Shown here: piece by piece, positions 27,831-41,356 of the stretch
How the letters are laid out: each line of letters opens with the position of its first letter
Position numbering within the stretch: position 1 is the stretch's first letter
Assembly: GCF_006345805.1 (NCBI RefSeq)
Contig: NC_043003.1
Location: 27,776,001-27,840,000, forward strand
From: Octopus sinensis
Lineage: Eukaryota
Direction: 5' to 3'
DNA: 64,000 nt
Made by a program: the position numbers and the translations under genes
Notes under the pieces: generated by a model
Seen by the model: the letters and a program-made list of their open reading frames with translations, nothing else
Told to the model about the DNA's origin: nothing
Databases searched by the model: none

Positions 27831-28534
27831 ATCTCTATGTGTGTGTATGTGTATGCGTACATTGATACATATATATATATTTAGATGGAAAAATATTCTT
27901 GTTTTACAGAAAAAGGGTTCAACAAAATGTTCAAACTTAAAATCTTTCTTCAAAAAATTGTTGTTTTGCCGAGAAAAAGTTTTAAAATGTTGAACCTTCA
28001 AAAGTTAGAAACTAGAATCGAAAAAATATATAAATTTTACTCGGCATTTTATTGCACTTTTTGAAATGCTCGTCTCATTAGGAAACAAATCTTATTTTTA
28101 AAGGGTGGTGTGGGGGAAATACCACCATTTCAATCCTCCGTTATTAACAAATGAAGATTAACTATATCATATCTTTTAGAAGCACAAGGAGAAGCATTTA
28201 ATGGGGATTAAGGACCGAAGGAGACAAATAATAGAATGGAAGAGAAAAGAGAAAAATGAGGAGAGGAGAAACATGAAATAAAAGTAGGTCCAGGAAGAAG
28301 GATAATGAGCTACTTGAAGAGGGAAGATGGAAGGAGGTGAATGATGGAATGAAGAAGAGAAAAGGAAAAGAAGGAAGATGAAAAGAGAAAAGGGAAAGAG
28401 ATAGAGGAGAAGCATAATAGAGATAATAAGGATGATGACCCAGATATGAAGAGAAAGGATTGAAAAATGGAATGGAGGAGAGAAAAGGAAAAGAAAGAGG
28501 TGGAAGAGAAGAGAATAATTTATTATTAAAACTA

Positions 28535-29802
28535 TTAGGTTATTCCGAAAATAATGGCCGCTCTAAGTGTTGTGTTTTGAAACGCGATTTTATCATAGTA
28601 TTTTTATTATATTTTAGGTGAATTTCGACATGCTTAATAATTGATATATACTCTTTAATAATGTTCTACTTATTTCAGACAGAAAACATTCTTGAAGCAT
28701 AGGCGCCCTTAATTGTGAACATGACAAAAGAGGACCTTCGCTTACTGTTCTTGCATGAGTTCAAGCTTGAGCACAGTGCCCCTCCAAACTGCTGCCAATA
28801 TCAACAGAGCATGGGGAGAGGTGTCACAAGTGATTGCACAGTACGAAGGTTGTTTCAGAAATTCCGTAGTGGTGATGAGAGCCTTGAAGATGAAGAAGGT
28901 AGAGGACGGTCATGTAGTCTTGACAATGAATAATTGAAAGCAATTGCTGAACAAAACTCACGTCAAAGTGTCAGAGAAGTGTCTCAGGCATTTGGTGTCA
29001 GTCTTGCAACGGTCTCACGTAATCTTCAGAAGATTTGTAAGGTGAAAAAGCTCGATAAATGGGTACCGCATGAGCTCAATGAAAACCAATAAGTTCGGTG
29101 TTTTGAAGTGTGCTCGATGCTCTTTCTGCGAAACATAAATGATCCTTTTCTTGACTGAATAGTCACTTGTGACGAAAGGTAGATCCTTTATGATAACAGT
29201 AATCGATCAGGTCAATGGCTTGATCGTGATGAGTCCCTCAAAGCCAAAGTTGCATCAGCAAAAGATTATGGTGACTGTCTGGTGGTCTGCAATTGGTGTT
29301 GTCCATTACAGCTTTCTGGAAGCCAATCAGAGCATTACAGCAGAGGTTTACGGCAATTAACTCGCTGAAATGCATGCTCACATGCAAAATATGAGACTTG
29401 CATTGGTGAATCGGCGTGGCCCAATTCTGCTCTACGATAATGCAAAGGCACATGTTGCAAGAATGACGCTGCAGAAACTCACAGATTTGGGATACAAGAC
29501 TTTATCACATCCTCCACATTTTCCTGATCTTTCACCCACTGATTACCATTTTAAAGCATTTAAACACGTTTTTAAGTCATAAAACTTTCAAGTCTAAACC
29601 AGAAGTGGAATCAGCTTTCAAAGATTTCTTAGCATCAAAGCCAATAAGTTTTTATCAACGAGGCATAAATAATCTCGTTGATCGATGGTAGAGATGCATA
29701 TATGTTCACGGCTCATACTTTGACTAATCAAACATTTCTATTGTTAATTTTTCCAGAATAAAATTGTTTCTGAAATCGGTCATTATTTTCAGAACAACCT
29801 AA
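28535..29802 (+). mobile_element. Mariner transposon, full length, transposase pseudogene
   Basis: TIRs ttaggttattccgaaaataatggccg / cggtcattattttcagaacaacctaa with TA flanks. Motifs WVPHEL, IVTCDE, KIMVTVWW, YDNAKAH and PDLSPTDY; many stops. Confidence 0.93.
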
Positions 29803-30944
29803 TATTATTTTTTTCAAAAAGTGCAACAAAATGCCAATTAATTAAAAAAATGTTTTTCGATTCTTGTCTCTAACTTTTGAAGGTTCAACATTTTAAACTT
29901 CTTTCTGTTAAACATCAATTAAAAAAACTTTTTAACATTTAAATTTGAACATTTTGTTGCACTCTTTTTCTGTAAAACAGGAAATTTTTCTATTTAAATT
30001 TCTTGTTTTTAAATATTATCTTAGATCTTATCTAGATTATCATTCAAGTACCATTGCCATCGTTAGCCCAATTTCTGGTTCACCTCCATACCACGTTGAG
30101 GTGATGACTGGTTTTTGCTGTGCGCTTTTTTGCCCCTAGGATGTTTGACCACATCATCATGTAAACATTGAGGATCTTCTCTCTCTCTCCTCATACTCCT
30201 GTACCGTTGTTTCCTTCATATTGGTGATGTGGTGTTGCATTGTCTGGCTGTAGTTCAACTAGCTGTCTAACGACATTCTGCCGGGTTATCTGTGGGTAAG
30301 CACTTCAACCTCCTTATTTTTTGTGCACTGTATGAACTTGCGCAGGCCACTTATCGAGTTGTTGTGCCTCTCTTCCATTCTGTCTTCTAGTGTATTGTTC
30401 CAAAATCTGTCTAAATTTAGTACTGGTTGTTGTGAAGCGTGCTTTTATTTCGTCGTTTGCTTGTTGTAGGATACAAACTCTGTTGAAGGGTAGGGTTTTC
30501 AGATAAATGCAACTCATGTCGTGCGACTTATCACATGGATTGAAGAATAGGGTGGGGAAAAGATTAGTGTCATTTATAACTGTTGTACTACTTTCAATCC
30601 TATCATTTCTCTGGTTAACATCTTCTTGGTTGCCCCTGATGTTATTGTTATTGGTGGTGGTGACAGTGGTAGTAGTGTTTCTATGTGTATTGTTGTTATC
30701 AGTAATGTTTGCATTGGTTTGCATGTTTTCCTAGTTGTTTTCGTCATTGTTGTTGTTGTTGCTGCTGCTGCTGTTGCTGTTGAGCGAGCAGCTGCTGTTG
30801 AGCGAACGGTCTTCGCAAGATGGAAGAAGTCCGAAACGTGGTCCTTTGCTATTCGTAAAACCCGCAGAAGAGAAAGCAGGTCAACCCCCGACACCGAGAG
30901 CACCGACGGATGGATGAATGCGCATCCAGGCTCAGCGGTTGCGT

Positions 30945-31154
30945 AGGAAGTCGGGGACAAGAAACAGGAAGGAAGATTGAGAGAAAGTTGGGGCAAAGAG
31001 TACAACAGGGGTCATCATCACCCCCTGCCGGAGCCTCGTGGAGCTTTAGGTGTTTTCGCTCAATAAACACACACAACGCCCGATCTGGGAATCGAAACCG
31101 CGATCCTCCGACCTCGAGTCCGCTGCCCTAACCATTGAGCCATTGCGCCTCCAC
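30945..31154 (-). mobile_element. Family C SINE
   Basis: Reverse complement of the 25454 consensus. Confidence 0.8.
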
Positions 31155-31184
31155 TGCTGTTGCTGTCGTTACTATCCCTACTAC

Positions 31185-31643
31185 TATCGTTCTGACGGGA
31201 AGAGACCTGACGGTCTCACCTTGTGCCCCTGGTCGCAAGGCGGATGCCTTGTCTGGGATGTCACAGTTAGCGACTCCTTTGCTTCTTCTCACATCCTGGA
31301 TGCTGCGGTCGGGGCGAGATTCACAGCTTCTGCGGCCGAGCGGAACAAAATCCTGAAATACCGCGATCTGTCGGCCAACTACATTTCCCATCCTGTGGCG
31401 TTCGAGACGTTTGGTGGAGTCGGACCACTAACTGCGAGATTCCTGTCTTCAGTGGCAACTCGCCTAGCAGAGGTAACTGGTGAGGCTCGTGAGGATGCTT
31501 GGCTGTTCCTGCACACCAGCCTCGCCATCACCCGCGGCAACGCTGCAAGCGTGCTGGCGTGTCTCAATAGCCATTAGAAAGGTTTCCCAGCGGCCCCAAC
31601 TTTTCAACACACGGTAGTGAATTGTTTGTTTTTTCCTCCTTGT

Positions 31644-31719
<76 letters not shown>

Positions 31720-31835
31720 CCTATCTATCTATCTATCTTTCTCTCTTTTTAATTTTTTCAATTGTGTTCTCTGTTTTGTCCAATTTTCTAGTTTGATTTT
31801 GTAAAACGGTAAACACTGTGAATGCAATAAAAATA
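31185..31835 (+). mobile_element. CRE-type non-LTR retrotransposon 3' fragment (restriction-like endonuclease domain plus 3' UTR)
   Basis: DGKRPDGLTLCPW..LVWDVT..AERNKILKY..PVAFETFGGVG..SLAITRGNAASVL in an open frame to 31577; AATAAA near 31826. Confidence 0.75.
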
Positions 31836-32662
31836 CACTAAACGAACTTTTGCTATATATGAAAAACATGTAAAATATTAAGACAATTGGCGAAAAATAT
31901 CTATAATAAAATTCTAATTGATAGATATAAATTTTTATTAAAACAAATCACGCGGGTGAAGTAAATCTCGTTGTATGAAGAATCTACACATGCGGGTGGA
32001 CACGTAACACAAAGTGCAGTTGTCATGGTAACAAACTGTTAATGCCTCGCTGTCTGCTGATTGGCTGAAATTATCCAAATTTCCCTATCTTAATTCCAAA
32101 TAACATCAGATTCATTAATTTACGAGATAAATTAATTGGTTGATCGTAATAAAAATTCAGAGTTGCATTGATACGCCAAAACTGAAAGCAATCTGAGCAA
32201 AATTAAAAGGGGCTCATTTTGCGAATGCAAAAAAAAAATCCGCTATTGCTAATTAGGCATATTTCTGTCAATTAAATTCGTAATTACTTGGATAGTTTGA
32301 ACTCACTTTCTCATAAAGATGGAGTTGTGGTTTCTCTCATGGGAAGCAACTCCATTTTCTATCACGGAGGTGAAGAGTCAGCTACATTGTTCTAGGGGAG
32401 ATAATCCCAACGTCGACTGCATCTGTTTGCTTGTTTGTTCATAGAAGTTAGTGTATGGAGAGATAACGAACGATAAATTCCTAATAAAAGTTTTTGCATG
32501 TATGTGTGAAACGAAGTAAAAAAATATAATATCAAGGCATTCTTTTGCCAATATTAAAACAAAAATATCTTTTTCCTACCTCTTAAAATCACTGGATATC
32601 ATAATTTTAGATTGCAAAATAATTTCCAATGTTTGGCGCCGAAATGGGTTTCATTTTTGTGT

Positions 32663-32705
<43 letters not shown>

Positions 32706-32710
<5 letters not shown>

Positions 32711-35700
32711 CTTTATTCACCATAAGGTTGAGAAAAAGAGGGGACAAAACAAACGTTGGGGTCAGGGTATCGAATGAGACGAAACATATGAATAAACAAA
32801 CAATTAAAATATATACAATTAAATGAGAATGAGTGATTAACAAAAAATGAAGCGGAGGACGCGGTCGACCCCACAAACCACATACTCACACTGAAGACTT
32901 TGCTTTCTCCTTTTTCACATTCTCGATTAAACAGGTTCTTTCACTCGCAACATACTTGCTATAGACTTCCATCTTTTACGAAACACACTTTGCGACAGGC
33001 ATTTCTTCTCCAGCGTTATTTTCCGTTTCATGTGGAAAACGAAAAAGTCGATTAGCTCGAGACTGGAGATAAACATGCCTGTTGCAATTCCTTTTACTCT
33101 CGTCTTCCACACTACTTCTTTCGCCATAGCAACTACCGAAAGAAAACAGGCTCGCTCCTCCCTATTCAGGAAGGTCGGCGGAACTATCTTAATTACAGAT
33201 TCGCTCGACAGTTGTACTCTTCTCGAATGCGACAGCAGGTGTTCGACATAAGTCCAGAGTTCAGTCACCTTGGGGCATTGCACAATCGCGTGCAGGACAG
33301 TTTCACTGTCCCTCTTACATCTTGCACAAACCGGTGAAGGTGCACACCCATGTCTAAAGAGCTTATCTCGAACCGGTAAAGCTCCTCTGTAACATTGCCA
33401 GGCCAGGGACTTTTGGTAATTATCCATAGGCCCCGGACCGAATGTTCTTTGGAACAGGCTGGCCAGTTGATTTTCGTCGAAGCCCAGAGTTTCTCCTAGG
33501 ACGTCGTCACACTTAAACTCTACTAACCCTCTATAGAAGAACGAGGTAGTAGCCCCGCCACCGGCGTTGCCCGACTGGGAGAGAAGCACGAGTGCCTGAT
33601 AGCACTCTGCATGCCACATGCCCAACCTCGGTCTACACTTGATCACAAACGATGTGAACTGTGGAAATAACAGCTTGACAAACGGAGACCACACCTGCTC
33701 ACCGTCCAGGTAAATCCAGAGGTGCCTAATCCTGAGCGCATGTCTGCGCATTTTTAGCCACGGCATCCCTAACCCACCCTTCAGCGGCTTTTGGCAGCAA
33801 ATAGAGCGCCTTACAAGAGGTCTGCTGCCCCTCCACAAAAAGCGAAAGAGCATGCGTTCCAGTTTGTTCAGCCACGAATCGGGGCAAGGCACTACGGTTA
33901 GGCGGTAAGTGATTACAGAGGCGATAAACACCTCTGCAACCTCCGCCCTCCCTTTCAAGGACAGCTTCCGCTCAGACCATGTCTGAGTTAGGAGAGTCAC
34001 CTTTCTCGCCACCTCGCTCCAGTTCTTCTATATCTGGAGATCTGAACCTAACCAGATCCCAAGCATTTTCACCGGTCCTTCCGTCCAACGTCCTACGACG
34101 CTGTCGGAAGACATCGACTTGCCCCTCCAGGTGCCGAGTTGCAAGCCGACCGATTTATCCCGGTTGACTTTCGCTCCTGCCACCGCTTCGTAGTCCCTTA
34201 AGGCCTCACACACCCACTGTAGGTGCTCGACTCGGGAAACGATGACGGTGATGCCGTCCGCATACGCCGAAGCTGACTTTCCGCACCCTAGATCTTGCGG
34301 AGTGCCTCTCATAGTTTCCAACCTCCTCAGCAATGGCTCGAGGGCCAAAACGTAGAGAAGCGGGGAGAGAGGACACCCTTGACGTACCGAACGTTCAATG
34401 CTGAACGGCTCCGAAAGGAAACCATTTACTCGAACTACCGATTCGATGTTGCTGTATAAAGCGATGATCCATCCGCGGAAGGTCGGGCCGAAGCCAGCCG
34501 CCGCCAGATACTGATGGTCCACCCTATCAAACGCTTTCGATTGGTCCAAGTGGACCATAGCCCCACCCTTGCCAGGAATCCTATTTACCCTTTCTAAGGC
34601 ATAGCGTAGAAAGTGGAGATTGTCGTGGATGGTCCTTCCAGGGATGGCGCAAGTTTGCGCCTCGCCAACAAGTTCACCCACGACCCTCGCCAACCGTTTT
34701 GCTAAGACCTTGGCCAAGATCTTCGACTCTGCGTTAAGCAGAGTGATAGGCCGGAAATTATCAATTAAATCCCCCTTGTTTGGGTCCTTTCTTAACAGCG
34801 CTACCACCCCTCGGCTCACAGACTTAGGAATTCTCCCGTTCTGCTGCCAGTTGGTGTACACGCATGCAAGTAGGTGCCCAAACAAGTCTGGCATGCTACT
34901 ATAGAGTTCGTAAGGCAGACCATCGAGTCCCGGCGATTTGTCCCCGCCGCAGTCTGCCAACATATCCTCGACTTCTTTGGGTGTGATCGGTGCCTCACAA
35001 GATTCCGCGTCCGGCCCCGATAGACGCGGCGAACCGGCTAGGAAGTCTGCGAGCTTCTCCCCGCGCTCCAGCTCGCCGCTCCTCCCGAATAGCTGGGCGA
35101 AATGATCATGAAACACCTTGCACATCTCCTCGGGTTCGTTTACTAATCGACCATTTGGGCCCGTCAAGGATCGAATGGTTGAGTTGTTGCCATGCTGGCC
35201 CTCTACTACCCGGGCCCATCCGGCTGCGTTGATCCCTTCCTGTCTCATTGCACGGATCTTAGCCCTGACAATGCACCCTTCATGTTTAGCTTTGAGATGT
35301 CGGTCGAGTGCTAACCTCGCCGCTAACACTTTCGATGCACTGCCTGACCTCATTGCCTCCTCTATTGCCTTAACTAGTTCCTTTTCTACTTTGTTTCTAG
35401 CACTAGCTAGTTCTTTGCTAAACCTAATTGACTCAAATTTGATGGCTCTTTTCAGGGCGTACCACCATTTGTTGTTGATAATGGATCCGGTTAACGCCCT
35501 CATTACTAATTGTTTAATCCGATTCCTGTAGGCTTCACAGTCCAATAGTGACTTGTTTAGCTTCCAGTAACCGGTACCTCGTCTACACATGCTATCTATG
35601 TCGAGCGTACAGGTCACTAATTTGTGATCGCTGTAGCTGACAATATGGTGTTGTGGACAGCTAAGTATTTTCTTATCTTTCCTTCTAGTTATGATTCTAT

Positions 35701-38223
35701 CGATATAAGATCTGGACGACCCGTCGTTTCTTGGCCAGGTCCACGCTGGAGTGTCTGGATGGTCCAGTCTGAATCTATCTGCCAATTCGAAACGACTTAG
35801 CATATCGTTGAGGTGAGGTAATCCCCTCCTATTCTTTCTCGAGCCAACATAATCTACGCTTGCATCGCAAATTATGTTGAAGTCACCTAGCAATACTAAC
35901 GTGTTCGACGTGCCAAGAAAATTCTCTAGGCTTTTGAAATACTCTTTCTGCCCGGCTTTTCCTTCGCAGGGAGCATAGACAGCGACCAGCCTGAACACTT
36001 TACCACTGCTGTGCGTCACATCCAAAACGACCAACCTGCCTTCCGGATCTATAAAGACAGTTCTAATCTCTAAATCCAGGTTTATACTGACCAACACTGC
36101 CACTCCCCCACCCCCTCCAGGTCGACAGGGAGAAATGTATTTCTCATAGCCGTTTAGAAGGGGCGAAAAAGCCTGCAGTCCACTCAGTCTGGATTCGGTA
36201 ATTACCACTACATCCAAACGATGCGACCTAAGGTCGTTAAGGAGGTAGCCTTGCTTCCAATACGACCCCAGGCCGCGAATATTTATACAACCGAGTTTAA
36301 ACGAGAATGTGAAAAATTAGTTGAATGTTTAAAACTTACTGTTTTAACAGAAGAAAGGGTGTAGTTTCACCCTCATCTTTTCTGTCTGTGAGTGTTGTGT
36401 TTTGCGAGGTCAGTTTTTTTGCGAATTGCTTGTACAGATGGCTTGAAAAGTTCATCTGTAACGGGCCTACGTCCTCCGCAAGATTTTTTTATTTCAAAAT
36501 AATCAGCGTTATCTATTGTATAAAATTCGACATTTTCAGAAATAGTACTATTTATATCTGTTACGATATATTTTTTCGCCGATTTCAGTAAATTAATTTT
36601 TTCTCTTAATGGGTTATTGTTTTTATTTATCGCCGTGAAGGTGTTTCTTTTTTTTTGTTAGGTGATTGTGGAGGGGGGGGGGGGGTGTTTGGGGGTTTGT
36701 AGGTGTGTGCGTGCTTGTGGTAGGTGTGTGTGTGTTTGTGTGTGCTTTTTCCAGTGTGTGTGTTTTTTTGGCTACGTGTGTGTTTGCGACTGTATTTGTG
36801 GGTGTGGGTGTGCTTGTCTGTGTCAGAGTATAGTCCTGTGTATCCGAAGAGGGTGGATTTTTCCGTTTCCGTCTTCTTTTTGAAGGTTCTATGGTGACCC
36901 ACTCCTGGATGTTGTTGTTGTTGTTGTCATCGTTGTTGTCGTTGTTTTCTCCCGTTGTCGGCTGAATTTCGGCAATTGGGGTGCGCGACGTGGCTGCTAT
37001 TTCTAGCGTGAAGTTGTTTTCGGCGTCGTGCTTGCCTCTGCAGTATTTTCTTTGGCTGTCTTCTTGCAGCTCGACCTTATGTGGCCTTTCTCGCCACATT
37101 TATAACACCTAGGTTTTCTTCCCTCGACTATTACCATCAAGCTGGTATTATCTCCAATGGTGAGGGAGCTTGGCAATTTTTCCAAGTCCGAGGGGTTCAC
37201 TTGGATCACAAGCTCTAAGTCTTGTCCATACCAGGTCGTGGGGCGATATCTTTTAGACTGAAGAATGGCAATTTCTTCCTCTTTGCCTAAGAGAATCGCT
37301 ACTGTTATAAAGTCCACATCGATTTCGGGCGGAATGTCCGTGACCGTTATCCTGGAAGTTCTCATTCCTAAATAAAAAGGTAGAAGAACTACCTCGTCTG
37401 ACTTCAACGTTCTTGTTGAATGTTCCCTAGCTATTTCTTCGCTAGGGAAACGCACCTCTACCGTGCCGAAGCGACTACCCCTTGTTATATACGTAGTTTG
37501 TTGCCATATCGGCCTCAAACATTTTTCAACGGCTTCTCTCTGCACGAAGTCAATTTTCTTATTTTTTACATTATATGTCTTGTATATGAGTTTTTTCTCT
37601 CCGTCGCGTAAATTAATTCACTGGGAGGGAACAACTTCACATTATCACCTTCTTTTTTTAGTAGTCCTTGGTATTTCTTTAATTCTTCCTTGTTAATGAC
37701 TATATTTTCACAGGGGCGAGTTGCTGCACTCGCAAAATTTATTTTTGACTTTTCTTGTCGTGTAGTAGCTTCGCCAGACATATTGTCGTCTGCTTTTGTA
37801 ACGAGCGCGTGAGACGTCTCTTTACTTTTACCTTCCTCCTCCCGCATTTTCGCCTTCATGCCTTCAAACAAATTTTCAACGTTTTCCTCCGACTCGGAGG
37901 AGATTGGTGGCAAATTCTCATGTTTTTCGTCGCTTCCCCCTTGAAACAAGGGGGAAAGAACAGCAAAGCTCTGCTGCAACAGCAGAAAAGAAGTGGCCTC
38001 GACGACCAAAACAGCAAATTTTCAAACTTTTCAGCACAAAAACAATCTTTCACTGCGGAGCAAAGAATAACACAACCGATCAGAGAGATAATCCCGAGCA
38101 AGGCCGGGTATCTCTGTTAGTATATATAACTTAAAATAAGCGGAAAATGGAGAAAACTTTTGATCAACAAACAAACAAATTGAACAACATCGGAGCAAAG
38201 AATAACAACCGATCAGAGAGATA
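32706..38223 (-). mobile_element. Tx1/L1-clade LINE, near full length, inserted in (TC)n; ORF1 with CCHC knuckle, ORF2 EN-RT, frameshifted
   Basis: ORF1 CYKCGEKGHIRSSC. ORF2 CINIRGL, VVITES, LLGDFN, SDHK, LDQSKAFDRVDH, RQGCPLSPLLY, YADG (D to G) and LPVRDKL..CARC..HAIVQC. AATAAA just before the (TC)n tract. Confidence 0.93.
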
Positions 38224-38230
38224 AAGAGAG

Positions 38231-38279
<49 letters not shown>

Positions 38280-38285
38280 AGAGAG

Positions 38286-38340
<55 letters not shown>

Positions 38341-39256
38341 CAAATAATACCAAATCCCCTTCCCCAACCTCCACCCATCACCGAATGTTTTACTTTTAGT
38401 TTTATTGAAAGCGGGGAAGGTTTTCCAGAAATAATGTTGCTTAGCTATTGTTTCTAGCATGTCGGGATTTCTGGTAGTGGTCTCATATTTTTGACGTCTG
38501 CTATTTCAGCAGAATTCTACGCACGTTTGAAACATTCTGAGTCTTAACATTTTATGAAAGCTGGGAGGTGATGGGTGGGTGAGGGGAGGAAGGGGTATTG
38601 AGTTTCTTAAAAAAAAAAAATTAAAAGTTTAAAAAATTTTCAGTTTCGTAATCTGTATTTTTCTACAGAGGATTAAGAAAAGAAAACCGAAAATAAGATA
38701 AAAATTAAGAAATTGGATTGAGGTGGGTAGAATTAAAATTTTGAAATCGTGATTTCTGGGCAAATAAGTATTCCCCTATATCGAAAACAAATCTAAAAAA
38801 ATGTTTGAAAGAAAAATGAAAAACTACCGAAAACGAGTGGTTTACACATTATTGTCACACGCTGATGTAACTGCCCGAAACAGTCCTAACTGTTCTGGTA
38901 TACTTGACTGAGGAAAGAAGGCCACGAATGACACGTCTTATTTTTTTTTTTTTGCTTGTCCTAATTGTTGGTTCGTCTTTGTATCATATATCGATTTCTT
39001 TACTACCCACAAGAGGCTAAACACAGAAGGGACAAACAAGGACATACAAACGGATTAAGTCGATTATACCGACCCCAGTGCGTAACTGGTCCTTAATTTA
39101 TCGACTCCGAAAGGATGAAAGGCAAAGTCGACCTCGGCGGAATTTGAACTCAGAACGTAACGGCAGACGTAATACGGCTACGCATTTCGTCCGGCGTGCT
39201 AACGTTTCTGCCAGCTCGCCGCCTTTTGTATCATATATCTGTCTTTGTATCATATA

Positions 39257-39627
39257 CTAGCAGTATCGCCCGGCGTTGCTCGGGTTTGTAAGGGAAATAA
39301 CTATAAAGCATTTTTAGAGAGTTATAGCCAAAAAATGTAAAAAAAATTATGGTCAATTTTTTTTTAGTTAAAAAGGTCGAGTTGCGTCCCCTAGACAGTC
39401 TGTGGTTTGTGTTTCTGATTCTCGACCCCATGTCGAATTTATCGATTTTTTTCAGAACTGGGGGAACTTTTCAAAATTTTCGCTGCGTTAGTTTTGAATT
39501 ATGACATTGGGCTATGTGTGTGTCAAGTTTCATCAGAATCGGTTGAAAGCCGTGGTCAGGGTGAGGGTACAACCTAACAGACACACAGAAACACACACAG
39601 ACAAACTGCCGTTTATATATAGAGAGA
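39257..39627 (-). mobile_element. Non-autonomous Helitron-like element
   Basis: Minus strand begins A|TCTCTCTATATATAAAC and ends with hairpin cccgagcaacgccggg followed by CTAG|T. Confidence 0.7.
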
Positions 39628-39785
39628 TGTCTGAATCTTTTATTGTCCTCTGTTGCGTTTCTGTTCCATTTGTATATATATATGTATATAAATGTGTGTG
39701 CGTGTTTCTAAGAAAAGTTTCATGGCGTCCTGATTTGACACTCCGGCGTGTGTTATAGTATTAGTGTATGTTTACCCGCCCAGGT

Positions 39786-39818
<33 letters not shown>

Positions 39819-40523
39819 TTGCATAAAACACTGATTTAATCCTAATCTGAGTAAAATAATGTTGCGTTATTAAATTACATGTTCTTAGATATATTATCGT
39901 TTCTGTCGTTACTTTTTGTTTTCCCACAAACGAACCACAATGCCTAGTGACTTTTTGTTTGACTTGCATAACTATCATTAGATAACAGCTGGTTGTTCGT
40001 CAATTTCCGTGAAATTTTTGTATTCTTTTACTTTTCTTTTCAAAACCTGTAGAAGGCAACATTCGTTTCGAAGTAAGAGCAGAAATTGAAAGGCGGCGAG
40101 CTGGCAGAATTGTTAGCACACACCGGGCGGTAAATGCTTAGCGGTATTTCGTCTGTCGTTACGTTGTGAGTTCAAATTCCGCCGAGGTCGACTTTGCCTT
40201 TCATCCTTTCGGGGACGATAAATTAAGTACCAGTTACGCACTGAGGTCGATGTAATCGACTTAATTCGTTTGTCTGTCCTTGTTTGTCCTCTCTGTGTTT
40301 AGCCCCTTGTGGGTAGTAAAGAAATATAAACGAAGGGTAATGGGTGTACGTGATTGTGTGACCACAAATACATAGTGCTGAGCAAGGCGCGCAACAGGTA
40401 AGAACAAACCATTGTTTGTTTGTATGTATGTATGTATTATATTATACTATATTATATATTACACGTACCATCACAATTTTAATTCAATTTATAAATAGAT
40501 GAGTTTAAAAACAACACTGAAGT

Positions 40524-40554
<31 letters not shown>

Positions 40555-40944
40555 TGTGTGAGAGAGAGATGCAAAAAAAGAAAAAAACAAGAGAACACAC
40601 TTTCACTCACTCTCACCCACGCATATAGACAAAAAGGACGCAGGCATATATATATTTATGTATGTACGTGTATATGAAAGATAATGCGTGTACGTGTTAG
40701 TGCGTGTGTGACTACATATACATAATGCTAAACACGGCACACGCAACAGGTAAGAACGAACACTAGCCACTTACACATGCGAAAAAATACATAGATAACA
40801 CACCTTCACTCACTCACTTTCTCTCTCACACACACGTCCATTTCATGTACACGTACATACATCTTCCCTTTCGGCAATCAATATTTTTCACCATATAAAC
40901 ACATTAGTTCGTTTGGTTAATGTTTACTCTCTCTCTCTTTACTC

Positions 40945-41356
40945 TTTTACTTGTCTCAGTCATTTAACTGCGACCACGCTGGAGCACCGCCTTTAATCGA
41001 GCAAATCGACCCCGGGACTTATTCTTTTGTAAGCCCAGTACTTATTCTATCGGCCTCTTTTGCCGAACTGCTAAGTAACGGGGACATAAACACACCAACA
41101 TCGGTTGTCAAGCAATGCTAGGGGAACAATCACAGACACACAAACACACACACGCATACATACATACATATATATATATACATATACATACATACGACAG
41201 GCTTCTTTCAGTTTCCGTCTACCAAATGCACTCACAAGGCTTTGGTCGGCCCGAGGCTATAGTAGAAGACACTTGCCCAAGGTGCTACGCAGTGGGACTG
41301 AAACCGGAACCATGTGGTTGGTAAACAAGCTACTTACCACACAGCCACTCCTGCGC
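40945..41356 (-). mobile_element. Family A SINE, full length
   Basis: Reverse complement of the 23690 copy. Confidence 0.88.

Noticed and set aside
30030-30830. 136-aa and neighbouring ORFs with T/N runs
   Set aside because: Low complexity. There is only a faint resemblance (STWYGGEPE) to the Tx1 ORF1 at 37003, so it may be an ORF1 relic, but that is not supportable.
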